A stretch of 64,000 nt of DNA from Phormidium sp. (GTDB taxonomy: Bacteria > Cyanobacteriota > Cyanobacteriia > Cyanobacteriales > Aerosakkonemataceae). The notes below the pieces were generated by a model, which did not search any database, was not told where the DNA came from, and saw only the letters and a list, made by a program, of their open reading frames with translations. Within the stretch, counting starts at the first letter, position 1. Each line of letters begins with the position of its first letter. Both the position numbers and the translations under genes were made by a program. The stretch spans positions 1,440,001-1,504,000 of the forward strand of contig CP143273.1 in assembly GCA_051013385.1 (NCBI GenBank), written 5' to 3'. Below, in pieces: positions 1-9,713 of the stretch.

Positions 1-23
1 CTCCGAGTCAGGTAGGTAGAGCA

Positions 24-46
24 AAAGTTACAGGAAGTTACAGCTG
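24..46 (+). promoter_or_regulatory. Candidate operator, 10-bp-phased direct repeat AAAGTTACAGGAAGTTACAGCTG
   Basis: Identical 23-mer at 1406-1428; related copies at 5902-5922 (minus) and 9609-9638. Confidence 0.5.
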
Positions 47-70
47 ATGAGGCTAGAAGCTAACAGCTAT

Positions 71-98
71 AAAGAAAAAGCCCACCAACGTGAGCTTT
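71..98 (-). terminator. Intrinsic terminator after the PEP-CTERM gene
   Basis: Minus strand reads AAAGCTCAC-GTTG-GTGGGCTTT followed by TTCTTT, 38 nt past the stop. Confidence 0.6.
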
Positions 99-135
99 GA
101 AGTTGTTAGCTATGAAGTAAGGGAGAAATGGAAGA

Positions 136-1242
136 TTAAGCCAGAGAATCAGCTTTTGAAACTAACTGCGCTTTTGTGGAAGAAGAAGTCCGACGCTTTA
201 ACATCCAAGCACCACCAAAGATTAATAAAGCTAAGGCGGAAGTCGGTTCGGGAACTGGCTTAGGTTGGGGGCTTGGTTGAGATGAAGAAGTCATCTTGAA
301 ACTAGCAGTTTCTCTGTCAAAGATGAACTGACTTGAATAAGTTGGACTTGAAAGTGCTTTTAAATCACTAGCAGTGAAACCCTGATTGCTAGTAACTTTA
401 AATTTGGAAACCCCACTACCTAACAGTTTAACGAAGTCAATATTATCACCGGATTTATATTGACCAACGATAGAATCTCCCACAGAAATAGTAAACAAAC
501 TACTGTCATTCAGACCAGCCAAAAAGTTAGAGACTGCATTAAATTTGGCATCTCCAGCCATCTCCAATTCAAAACTATTACCTGATAGATTGGATGGAGT
601 AGCGAACCAAAAACCACTTTGGGCATTATCAAACATTAAAGCATCGCCGACTTGTTGGGCTGAAATTGGCACGAGTCGAGAGGAACCTGTGACAACTGAA
701 TGAGTAACTGTTTCGCTAATATTTCCCCCTGAAGCTAACTCAGAAAAGCTCGCTCCAATCGCACAAGACTTACCAGAAAGTATACATTCTAGCATGGTTT
801 CTTTGCTTGCTATGATGTCAGAGGCAATAGAAAATCGGCTTTGAGTTGGGGTTCCGTCATCCTTTTTGACGAGCAGATCGAAATAGTTGTAGTTCTTGCT
901 TGGATCGTTACGGTTGGAGTTATTTAAAGCCAAAAATTCTCTTTGAGTTGAATCCAATTTGAAGTCTATTGCTGTACCATCTAAAAACAACTTAAAATCA
1001 GTGATATCACCATTTCCTCCATATAAAGTCGAATCAGCTATCCCATTTTGATCGTACTGAGGGTTAGAGATATTAGAAAGCCAATTACTATAAAGATAGT
1101 CGCTCACCGTGTAGCTGCCTTTAATTCGGTTTCCATTAAAATTAAAAGTGACAGCATCAGCGGAAAGGGTCGTCAATCCTAAAGCTACTAGAGTGGTACT
1201 GGTAGCAGATAAAAATAATTTTTGCCAAGTTTGAGAAAACAT
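136..1242 (-). CDS. PEP-CTERM sorting-domain surface protein
   Basis: Signal-peptide-like N-terminus from MFSQTWQK (ATG at 1242); C-terminal VPEPTSALALLIFGGAWMLKRR motif. Confidence 0.85.
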   Translation of the reverse strand: MFSQTWQKLFLSATSTTLVALGLTTLSADAVTFNFNGNRIKGSYTVSDYLYSNWLSNISNPQYDQNGIADSTLYGGNGDITDFKLFLDGTAIDFKLDSTQREFLALNNSNRNDPSKNYNYFDLLVKKDDGTPTQSRFSIASDIIASKETMLECILSGKSCAIGASFSELASGGNISETVTHSVVTGSSRLVPISAQQVGDALMFDNAQSGFWFATPSNLSGNSFELEMAGDAKFNAVSNFLAGLNDSSLFTISVGDSIVGQYKSGDNIDFVKLLGSGVSKFKVTSNQGFTASDLKALSSPTYSSQFIFDRETASFKMTSSSQPSPQPKPVPEPTSALALLIFGGAWMLKRRTSSSTKAQLVSKADSLA

Positions 1243-1339
1243 ATCTTTGTCCTTTACTTTTTGGAGTTGCAATTGTTTAGAATTAATCAGGTTTTGTTTG
1301 TTTAACCTGTATTCAGTTTCCCCGATCGCACTCACTCGC

Positions 1340-1440
1340 GTCGATAGACAAAGTTACAAGACAATTTTGATTAAATTTGTTAACTCTCAGTTAAATAGAT
1401 ATGACAAAGTTACAGGAAGTTACAGCTGGTTCAGTACAAT
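1340..1440 (+). promoter_or_regulatory. Divergent promoter region with GTCGATAGACAAAGTTAC box, phased GTT(A)CAG repeats and a TACAAT -10 box
   Basis: GTT at 1409/1419/1429; TACAAT at 1435-1440, 31 nt before ATG 1472. Confidence 0.5.
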
Positions 1441-1471
1441 ATCAATAAAATACGCCTTTAGACAGCTACAA

Positions 1472-2845
1472 ATGAAAAAGCTTTCTGAATCTATGGACTG
1501 GGAATGTGGACTTGAAATGATTAACCAGGCATTACTGGCGAAAGTAGGTAGGCAGCTAAGTCTGGTTGAAGTAGCGATTCTTAAAGGTGCTTGGGAAGGC
1601 GAGACTTACGAAGCTATTGCCGACGCAGCTAACTATTCGGCTGGTTATCTGAAGCGGCACGTAGGCCCAAAACTGTGGCAAATGCTGTCTGAAGCTTTGG
1701 AACAACAGGTGAGTAAGTCAAATTTTCGCTTGGCTTTGGAGCAAATCAGACAACAAAATCAGGAGTCAGATGTGCTTGTTCCGGCAATCAATCCTACCCC
1801 GGTTTTAAAACCTGTTAGTAATAGCGATCGCACAGAAGAAACGCCAATTGTCGATCGCTATGTGAAGCGCGAACCAATTGAAACTATCTGTTATGAAACT
1901 CTTTTACAACCAGGTTCTTTAATTCGCATTAAAGCTCCTAGTTTAATGGGAAAAACCTTACTTGTGAATCATACTTTGGCAAAATTAGCAACTGGAGGCT
2001 ATCGAACTGGTAATTTAAGTTTTGAATTAGCCGATCGCAAAACTCATTTAACTAATCTCGATAAATTTTTACGTTGGTTTTGTATTAACGTTAGCCGAGA
2101 GTTAGAAATTCCTCCGCAGTTAGATGATTATTGGGATGAGGAAGATATGGGTTCTAAAGTAAGCTGTACTACTTACTTTGAAGATTATCTTTTATCTCAA
2201 GATGATAGTCCAGTTGTATTATGTTTAGATGATGTAGATTTACTCTTTCCTCATCCTGAAATTTACGAAGATTTTTTTGGCTTGTTGCGATCGTGGTATG
2301 AAAAAGCTAGAAGTCGCCAACGTTGGAAAAAATTACGCTTAATTATCGTCCATTCCACAGATGTTTATATCCGCTTAAATATCAATCAATCTCCCTTTAA
2401 TGTTGGTTTACCCATAGAACTATCAGAATTTAGTAGCGAACAAGTAGCAGAATTAGCAAAGCAACAGGGATTAGAACCAACAAAAGATATCATCGAACCA
2501 CTAATGCAATTATTAGGAGGTCATCCTTATTTAATAGAACAAGCGTTATTCCACCTAAAAAATCATCCCGAAATAAGTTTACAACAGATGTTAGCAGATG
2601 CTCCTACAGATCGGGGAATTTACGCTAGTCATTTGCGAAAATATTGGTTAAATTTACAATCAAACCCAGATTTGGCAGAAGCGTTTAAAAAAGTCATCAC
2701 TTCTAACCAACCCGTGCATCTACAACCTATCCAAGCTTACCAGTTACAAAGTATGGGTTTAGTCAAACTTACTGGTAATGAAATCGAGCCTCGCTGTAAA
2801 TTATATTGCCAGTATTTCCTCCAACATTTAGAGGATACTCAATGA
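1472..2845 (+). CDS. HTH (vWA-MoxR-associated type) plus AAA_35 P-loop NTPase
   Basis: N-terminal [15 protein letters not shown]...[23 protein letters not shown]; Walker [10 protein letters not shown]; Walker B LCLDDVD; SPFNVG. Start taken at MKKLSE. Confidence 0.8.
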   Translation: MKKLSESMDWECGLEMINQALLAKVGRQLSLVEVAILKGAWEGETYEAIADAANYSAGYLKRHVGPKLWQMLSEALEQQVSKSNFRLALEQIRQQNQESDVLVPAINPTPVLKPVSNSDRTEETPIVDRYVKREPIETICYETLLQPGSLIRIKAPSLMGKTLLVNHTLAKLATGGYRTGNLSFELADRKTHLTNLDKFLRWFCINVSRELEIPPQLDDYWDEEDMGSKVSCTTYFEDYLLSQDDSPVVLCLDDVDLLFPHPEIYEDFFGLLRSWYEKARSRQRWKKLRLIIVHSTDVYIRLNINQSPFNVGLPIELSEFSSEQVAELAKQQGLEPTKDIIEPLMQLLGGHPYLIEQALFHLKNHPEISLQQMLADAPTDRGIYASHLRKYWLNLQSNPDLAEAFKKVITSNQPVHLQPIQAYQLQSMGLVKLTGNEIEPRCKLYCQYFLQHLEDTQ

Positions 2846-5784
2846 ACATTGAACGGGATACTATTTATAAATACCAGATTGGGGGAAGCTTACCCGCCAG
2901 CGCTCCCACTTACGTAACTCGACAAGCAGATTTAGACCTTTATCATGCTTTGCTAGCGGGGGAATATTGCTATGTTTTAAATTCCCGCCAAATGGGAAAA
3001 TCTTCCCTCAGAATTCAGACAATGAGCAAGTTACAAGCACAAGGTATTAGTTGCACTGAAATTGAATTGAGTGGAATTGGTAGCCAGCAAATTACAGCGC
3101 AGCAATGGTACGGAGGGATAATTCAAGAGTTAATTAGTGGCTTTGATTTACAGGTAAATCGACGCAATTGGTTGCGCGAACATGAGGATCTTTCGCCTGT
3201 ACAACGTTTGGGAAAGTTTATCGAAACTGTATTGCTGGATCAAGTCAGCGGAAATCTGGCAATTTTTATCGATGAAATTGATAGTGTTTTAGGTTTAAGT
3301 TTTCCTACAGATGAGTTTTTTGCTTTAATTCGGAATTGCTACGATAAACGAGCAACTAAACCGGAATATCAACGCTTAACTTTTGTTTTGTTGGGAGTTG
3401 CAACGCCTTCGGATTTAATTCAAGATAAAAATTCTACTCCTTTTAATATTGGGAGAGCGATCGAATTAAAAGGTTTTCAATTAGAGGAATGTGTTACTTT
3501 AGCACCAGGGTTAGAAGGAAAAGCAAACAATCCTCAAGCGGTTTTAAAAGAGGTTTTAAGTTGGAGTGGTGGACAACCATTTTTAACTCAAAAACTTTGT
3601 TGGTTAATAGTTAATTGTTCTGAAGATGAAATCATTCCTGATGGTGAGGAAAAAGCATGGGTTGAGCGGTTGGTGCAAAAGCGAATTTTGGAAAATTGGG
3701 AATCTCAGGATGAACCGGAACATTTAAGAACAATTCGCGATCGCATTCTCAGAAATGCTCGTTCAACCGAAAACCTACTCCTACTATATCAGCAAATTTT
3801 ACGCCAAGGAAAACTCGCAGCTAACAATAGTCACGAACATCTAGAGTTAAGATTATCAGGATTAGTCATCAAACAACAAGGTAATTTAGTTGGATATAAT
3901 CGGATTTATAAAACTATATTTAACGCTGATTGGGTAATAGCACAACTTAAAGTTATTCAGCCTAATTTAACGGAAGAGGAACCGGAAAATTTAACTTTAC
4001 CGCCTACTTCTAGAAATAAAAAAATTCTAGCTGCGATAGCCTTTACGGATGTGGTTTCTTTTACTACAAAAATGGCAGCAGACGAACATCATACATTAGC
4101 TTTAATCGAGCGTGACTTTAAGTTAATGAAAGAGATTTGTCAGGGATATGAAGGACAAATACTCAAATCTCTAGGTGATGGAATTCTCATGTATTTTACG
4201 AGTGTGGAAAAAGCTGTTGCTTGCTCGATCGACATTCAAAAATCATTAGCTTTAGCTGCGGCTAATTTACCCAAAAATGATGTTTTGTTGCACAGAATTG
4301 GCATTCATTTAGGAGAAGTTTTTTTTAGCGGTAGTGATGTGATGGGAAATGGCGTAAATTTGGCAGCACGTCTGCAATCAGAAGCAGAATCAGGGGGAAT
4401 TTGTATCTCGGAAAATGCTTACAAAGCGACGAAACTTGACTTACAAAAACAGGCATTTTATGTAGGAATGCGCCAGCTAAAAGGTATTTCAAATCCCGTA
4501 CCAGTTTATCAAATACCTGCTTTTTATTCGCTAACTGAAGCGGGAGTTAAATTACAATTAAATCCTTTAAAAAGGCGGGCAATAAATTGGTTAAAAGTAG
4601 TGTTAGTGAGTGCGATCGCAACTAGTTTAACAGTAGGAGTGCGATCGCTCGGTTGGTTGCAAACTTGGGAATTACAAACTTTTGATTTATTAATGCAATT
4701 AAGACCTCAAGAAAAGCCAGATGAACGGCTTTTATTAGTAACTATTACCGAAGAAGATGTGCAATCTCAACCATCTGAAGAAAGAGTAGGTAGTTCATTA
4801 TCCGATCGTTCCTTATTTCAACTAATAACTAAACTAGAAAAATATCAACCAAAAGCGATTGGATTGGACATTTATCGCGATCGTCCAACAGCCAAAGATT
4901 ATCAGAATTTAGCTAATTGGATGAAAAAGAGCGATCGTTTTTTTGCCATCTGTCATTACGGAAACCCTGGAGTTATTCCCCCACCGGAAATTCCCCCATC
5001 TCGCCAAGGTTTTAATAATGTAGCAACCGATATTGATGGCATTCTGCGCCGTCATTTATTAGCTGTTAGTTTACCATCTCCTTGCCAAAATAAATACTCT
5101 TTTAGCTGGCAAATAGCAACCCATTATCTAAAGGAACAAAAAATTAAAGCTAAAGTAAATCCAGATGATTATCTTCAGATTGGTTCAACAGTATTTAAAA
5201 CATTAAAAAGTAACACAGGTGGCTATCATAATATAGATGCAAGCGGTCATCAAATCATGTTAAATTACCGTGCTACAAATCAGATTGCTAAAAGGATTAC
5301 TTTGCGAGAAGCTTTGAGCGATCGATTAAATCCTGAATTAGTAAAAAATCGCATAGTTCTCATTGGTACTACTGCTCCCAGTTTTAACGATCATAATTGG
5401 CGGACACCATACAGCAGCAATCAAGGAGCAATTAAAACAATGACAGGAGTAGAAATACAAGCACAGATGATTAGCCAAATTCTCAGTGCTGTTTTGAATC
5501 AAAGACCTTTGATTTGGTGGTTGCCAAAACCTGTAGAAATTGTTTGGATTTTCTGCTGGTCATTATTAGGAGCAATATTAGCTAAACTCTCTTATTCATG
5601 GGAAACTTTTATAATTAAACAAGGAATTGCTATTGCTATCCTCTGCGGTAGTTGCTTTTTGATTCTAAGTTTTCAAAGCGGTTGGATAGCTTTATTACCC
5701 GCAATTTTAGGATTAGCAATTAGTGGAGGAGGAACAATCTTTCTCCTGAAAAAGTACAATAAACATCTCCCAAAAAGATTGTAG
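2842..5784 (+). CDS. AAA_35 NTPase - class III adenylate cyclase - TM - CHASE2 - 3TM membrane receptor
   Basis: ATGA overlap with the upstream stop; SRQMGKSS and FIDEID; cyclase motifs [39 protein letters not shown]2 motifs [27 protein letters not shown]-terminal hydrophobic helices. Confidence 0.85.
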   Translation: MNIERDTIYKYQIGGSLPASAPTYVTRQADLDLYHALLAGEYCYVLNSRQMGKSSLRIQTMSKLQAQGISCTEIELSGIGSQQITAQQWYGGIIQELISGFDLQVNRRNWLREHEDLSPVQRLGKFIETVLLDQVSGNLAIFIDEIDSVLGLSFPTDEFFALIRNCYDKRATKPEYQRLTFVLLGVATPSDLIQDKNSTPFNIGRAIELKGFQLEECVTLAPGLEGKANNPQAVLKEVLSWSGGQPFLTQKLCWLIVNCSEDEIIPDGEEKAWVERLVQKRILENWESQDEPEHLRTIRDRILRNARSTENLLLLYQQILRQGKLAANNSHEHLELRLSGLVIKQQGNLVGYNRIYKTIFNADWVIAQLKVIQPNLTEEEPENLTLPPTSRNKKILAAIAFTDVVSFTTKMAADEHHTLALIERDFKLMKEICQGYEGQILKSLGDGILMYFTSVEKAVACSIDIQKSLALAAANLPKNDVLLHRIGIHLGEVFFSGSDVMGNGVNLAARLQSEAESGGICISENAYKATKLDLQKQAFYVGMRQLKGISNPVPVYQIPAFYSLTEAGVKLQLNPLKRRAINWLKVVLVSAIATSLTVGVRSLGWLQTWELQTFDLLMQLRPQEKPDERLLLVTITEEDVQSQPSEERVGSSLSDRSLFQLITKLEKYQPKAIGLDIYRDRPTAKDYQNLANWMKKSDRFFAICHYGNPGVIPPPEIPPSRQGFNNVATDIDGILRRHLLAVSLPSPCQNKYSFSWQIATHYLKEQKIKAKVNPDDYLQIGSTVFKTLKSNTGGYHNIDASGHQIMLNYRATNQIAKRITLREALSDRLNPELVKNRIVLIGTTAPSFNDHNWRTPYSSNQGAIKTMTGVEIQAQMISQILSAVLNQRPLIWWLPKPVEIVWIFCWSLLGAILAKLSYSWETFIIKQGIAIAILCGSCFLILSFQSGWIALLPAILGLAISGGGTIFLLKKYNKHLPKRL

Positions 5785-5848
5785 AGACGTTGTATACAAC
5801 GTCCGAACCCTTGTAGAGACGTTGTATACAACGTCTCTACAAGGGTTC
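5780..5848. repeat. REP-like palindromes GTAGAGACGTTGTATACAACGTC (two copies)
   Basis: Same palindromic core at about 40574-40605 and 42913-42950. Confidence 0.7.
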
Positions 5849-5867
5849 GGTGGTAACGGACTAATAT

Positions 5868-5896
5868 ATCCCCGACTTCTTGAAGAAGTCGGGGAT
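5868..5896. repeat. Dispersed palindrome ATCCCCGACTTCTTnAAGAAGTCGGGGAT, copy 1
   Basis: Four copies in the window: 5868, 18170, 40627, 53603. Confidence 0.85.
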
Positions 5897-5901
5897 CTGA
5901 G

Positions 5902-5959
5902 CAGCTGTAACTACCTGTAAAATTCCCTCCTACTTTGCTGAAACTTTATCTATCGACAG
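5902..5959 (-). promoter_or_regulatory. Inverted copy of the cluster element (CTGTCGATAGATAAAGTTTCAG ... TTTTACAGGTAGTTACAGCTG)
   Basis: Reverse complement of 5938-5959 matches 9597-9618 at 21/22 positions; 5902-5922 resembles 1407-1428. Confidence 0.5.
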
Positions 5960-6023
5960 CCCTAAATTAATCTGACAAGCTAAATATTAGGTTAACCCGA
6001 AGAGGTCATCCAAGCAATTACTA

Positions 6024-6242
6024 ATGATGAGGGACAGCGCTATGAATAATCAATTTCTCAGCTATCAAAAAGTAGAATCTGCGCTCTTACCTTTACAACA
6101 TACTGAAGCGCATCTGAGTAGCTTTGTTCAGTGGGTATTGCAAACAACTTCAGGTGAAAATGTTCCCACCGATGCAGCTTTAGAATTGCTCGATCGCGCC
6201 TGGGAAGCACAAAAATTACTTTGGCAACTACAAGAAGGTTAA
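6024..6242 (+). CDS. Small hypothetical protein (72 aa)
   Basis: ORF with helical-looking sequence just downstream of the cluster element; no family recognised. Confidence 0.4.
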   Translation: MMRDSAMNNQFLSYQKVESALLPLQHTEAHLSSFVQWVLQTTSGENVPTDAALELLDRAWEAQKLLWQLQEG

Positions 6243-7123
6243 TTTATCGAGGAGAAGCTATTCTCACTTTCAACCGTGAATCTTTTACAACTATTGCTGA
6301 TAGTAAAACTTCCTTCTTCTGTTTCCCATCATCTGTAGCAATTAATGATAATAGTACTGTAGTTTTTGTAGCTGAATTGGACACAGGAAACCGAGGCATA
6401 TTCAAATTTAACGGAGGCTATACTAAACAGATTGCTGAGTTACCTGCAAAAGACGCTTTAAGTATTTACGACCCCATGATTACCAGGGTTGCTATTAATA
6501 AGTCGGGTACAGTTGCCTTTACATACTGGGAATTTGTCGATTTTCTGCCCGGTTACTCTGCTTTGTATATTAATGATTCGATCGATCCGATCGCAGATAA
6601 CATCGGCAAGTTTGCTCCTTTCACTAATTTGGCAATTAATGATGAAGCTAAACTAGTTTTTTCTGCTGATTTAGCTTCAGGAAACCAAGGCATTTTTCTT
6701 TATGACGGTAAGGAGATAATTGAAATTGCTAACAACAATTATGGCAGTTATTTTCAAGACTTCAGCCTTTCTAACCCAGCGATTAATAACCAAGGTACTG
6801 TAGCATTCTTTGCCGAACAAAACTTTAGTGGTGATAATTCTTATCAAGGTATTTTCACTGGCTCAAACCCGGAAACTGATAAAGTAATAGCTGTTGGCGA
6901 CGATTTGCTTGGTTCTAAAGTAAAAAAACTGAGCTTTTCTAGTCAAGGATTAAATAATTTAGGTCAAATCGCTTTTTATGCCGAATTAGAAAATGGCACT
7001 AAAGGATTTTTTCTTGCTAACCCCAGACTTAAGTCTGTTTCCGAACCTATATCTGTATTCTCTTTGTTAACTATGGTTGCTGATGGTTTAACTATGAAGC
7101 GATCGCAAGAAAATATTATTTAG
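6221..7123 (+). pseudogene. N-terminally truncated NxxGxxAF-repeat surface protein with a degenerate PEP-CTERM tail
   Basis: Repeats AINDNSTVVF, AINKSGTVAF, AINNQGTVAF, LNNLGQIAF; tail VSEPISVFSLLTMVADGLTMKR; no signal peptide and only a TTG start. Confidence 0.6.
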
Positions 7124-7183
7124 CCAGAATCACAACCTGCAATATACTGTATTAAAGATGAAAAATAGCAGGGGTTTGAGTTA

Positions 7184-9553
7184 ATGAAGGCGCAGCAATT
7201 GGGGTTTTCTGTGTTCTATTTAGTTGCTTGTACTCCAGCGATCGCGCAAATTGTCCCAGATCCCACTTTACCAACTAATTCCTTAATTACCCAAGAGGGA
7301 AATATCAGCGTTATCAAAGGAGGAACACAAGTAGGCGGAAATTTGTTCCACAGCTTTCGGGAGTTCTCTATTCCTACAAATGGCGAAGCTTTTTTTAACA
7401 ATGCAACCAATATTAAAAATATTTTTAGTCGGGTAACAGGTAGCTCTATTTCTAATATTGATGGCTTAATTAGAGCCAATGGTACAGCTAATTTATTTTT
7501 AATTAATCCCAATGGAATTATTTTTGGCTCCCAAGCAAGATTAAACATTGGCGGCTCGTTTTTGGCAAGTACAGCTAACAGTATAAACTTTGCCGATCGC
7601 ACTTTTTTCGCTGCAACTAATCCTGAATCAACAACCCTACTAACTATTAGTGTACCGATCGGCTTACAATTTGCGAGTAATCCAGGCAATATTGTCAATC
7701 AAGCTAGGGATATTAATAACAATGGTTTGCAAGTGCGATCGGGTAAAAGTTTAGCACTTGTGGGTGGTAATGTAATGCTTAATGGTGGGGTTTTACAAGC
7801 ACCGGGAGGTCAAATTGAATTGGGAGGTTTATCTAATGTTGGAACAGTTGGATTGAGTTTAGTTGGCGATCGATTAAACTTGCATTTTCCAGAAGGTGTA
7901 AAACGCTCAGATGTGTCGCTGAGCGATATGGCTCGTCTTTCGGTAGTACCTGATTTTAATAATACTGATTTGATGCAACCTCCGAGTAAAATAGCCATCA
8001 ATGCTCGGAATATAAATTTCGTCACAGGCATAGTTTTTGTCGAAACTTTACGCAATCCTTTATCTAGGAACAGAAAAGCCGGAGAGGTTACGTTTAACGC
8101 TACAGAATCCATCTCATTATCACCTATTTTTCTGATTGCAGATGGGATTGATGGTGTTATTAATATGCAAGCTCGATCGATTTCCTTGATTGACTCTGCA
8201 TTGCAAGTCAATAATTTTAGAGAAGGGGGAACTGCCAAGATATCTTTACAAGCTAAAGATCGTATATTTATAGATTTCGGTTTTATGGTCAGCAATACTT
8301 CGGGAAAAGTGCCCAGTGAAATTAACATTCAAGCTCGGTCAATTTCTATCACTAATCGCTCTCAAATCAGTTCCTTTGGGCTAGGCGATGGAGCTTTCGG
8401 AACAATTAACATTAACGCTCTTGATTCTGTTAGTATTTCCCACAGCCTTTTAACTAACTTTGCTCTTGATAGAACAGCTAGAGCAGGCAACATTAATATT
8501 AAAGCGCGATCGCTTTCTTTAACCGATGGTGCTCAAGTGAATGCCAGTACCGCTAGAAATACAAATGCCGGAAATATCGATATTGTTGCTGATTTTATTA
8601 CTATCTCTGGAATTGGTCGATCGATAATTAATAGCGGATTAAGTAGCGGCTTATTTGCTGATGCTACAGGTTCTAATTCCACAGGTTCGGGAGGCAATAT
8701 TAGGATTAGAACTGGGCAATTAATTGTCAGCGATGGAGGCAAAATTTCGGTGTTTAGTGATGGGAGAGGAGCAGCGGGAAACCTTTTCATTGATGCGGAT
8801 TTTATCAGATTAGAAAATCAAGCATCTCTCAATGCTGATACTAAAGCTGGGCAAGGTAATATTACTGTGAATTCTCCTTTTTTATTGATGCGTCAAGGTA
8901 GCCGAATTACTACTAACGCTGCTGGTAGTGCGATCGAAGGTGGCAATATCACTCTTGATCTCAAAAATGGCATTTTAGTCGCCTTAGAAAATAGCGATAT
9001 CAATGCTAATTCTCAAGAATTTAAAGGAGGAAAAGTTAGCATCAATGCTTTAGGAATTTTTGGCACTCAATCTCGGCTAACACCTACTTCAGAAAGTGAC
9101 ATTACTGCTAGTGGTGGCACAGAGGAATTAAGAGGAATAGTGCAAATCAATACCTCAATAGTTGACCCCAGTTCGGGATTAATCCAATTACCCGAAAATG
9201 TGGTAGATACTACTCGGTTAGTCGATCGACGTTGTTCTCGCCAACAACAGCAAAGTACATTTATAATTACAGGGCGTGGCGGCTTACCTATTCCCCCGAA
9301 TGAAGCCCTCAATGCTGATAGTATTTGGGAAGATTGGCGGATTAGTTCTGATAATCCCAAAACCAGGGAATTAAATTTAACTAATAGAAACCAGCCTGAA
9401 AGTATCAAGCCAAAACCCGAAATAATTGTCGAAGCCCAAGGATGGTACAAAGATGGCAATGGCAATATTATATTAACAGCACAAGCAAGTTCAGTAACGA
9501 CTCACGGAAATTGGTTGAATTCTCCCAATTGCTCACCTTTAATTACAAACTAG
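7184..9553 (+). CDS. Filamentous haemagglutinin family (TPS/Haemagg_act domain) secreted beta-helix protein
   Basis: Signal peptide ending PAIAQ; NLFHSF, NPNGIIFG; GNI-type repeats; FIITGRGGLP and VEAQGW C-terminal motifs. Confidence 0.88.
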   Translation: MKAQQLGFSVFYLVACTPAIAQIVPDPTLPTNSLITQEGNISVIKGGTQVGGNLFHSFREFSIPTNGEAFFNNATNIKNIFSRVTGSSISNIDGLIRANGTANLFLINPNGIIFGSQARLNIGGSFLASTANSINFADRTFFAATNPESTTLLTISVPIGLQFASNPGNIVNQARDINNNGLQVRSGKSLALVGGNVMLNGGVLQAPGGQIELGGLSNVGTVGLSLVGDRLNLHFPEGVKRSDVSLSDMARLSVVPDFNNTDLMQPPSKIAINARNINFVTGIVFVETLRNPLSRNRKAGEVTFNATESISLSPIFLIADGIDGVINMQARSISLIDSALQVNNFREGGTAKISLQAKDRIFIDFGFMVSNTSGKVPSEINIQARSISITNRSQISSFGLGDGAFGTININALDSVSISHSLLTNFALDRTARAGNINIKARSLSLTDGAQVNASTARNTNAGNIDIVADFITISGIGRSIINSGLSSGLFADATGSNSTGSGGNIRIRTGQLIVSDGGKISVFSDGRGAAGNLFIDADFIRLENQASLNADTKAGQGNITVNSPFLLMRQGSRITTNAAGSAIEGGNITLDLKNGILVALENSDINANSQEFKGGKVSINALGIFGTQSRLTPTSESDITASGGTEELRGIVQINTSIVDPSSGLIQLPENVVDTTRLVDRRCSRQQQQSTFIITGRGGLPIPPNEALNADSIWEDWRISSDNPKTRELNLTNRNQPESIKPKPEIIVEAQGWYKDGNGNIILTAQASSVTTHGNWLNSPNCSPLITN

Positions 9554-9596
9554 TTCGGGATTTGCCTGATATTTAGTTTAATTTATCGCCTAATTC

Positions 9597-9640
9597 CTGT
9601 CGATAGATAAAGTTACAGTAAGTTACAGTAAGTTCAGATA
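9597..9640 (+). promoter_or_regulatory. Cluster element CTGTCGATAGATAAAGTTACAGTAAGTTACAGTAAGTTCAG
   Basis: GTT at 9612/9622/9632 (10-bp phase), same architecture as 1407-1434, upstream of the second FHA gene. Confidence 0.55.
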
Positions 9641-9713
9641 AAAGTATAAAAATATGATAAAAAAACTAGCTTTTATGATATAAAGAAAAATATTAAAGCT
9701 ATGAAATAATGCT

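Noticed and set aside
1247..1471. ORF-track N-terminal extensions (also 2806, 23970, 39046, 48923)
   Set aside because: They run through promoter or intergenic DNA; downstream ATGs fit the RBS, gene overlap or paralog evidence better.
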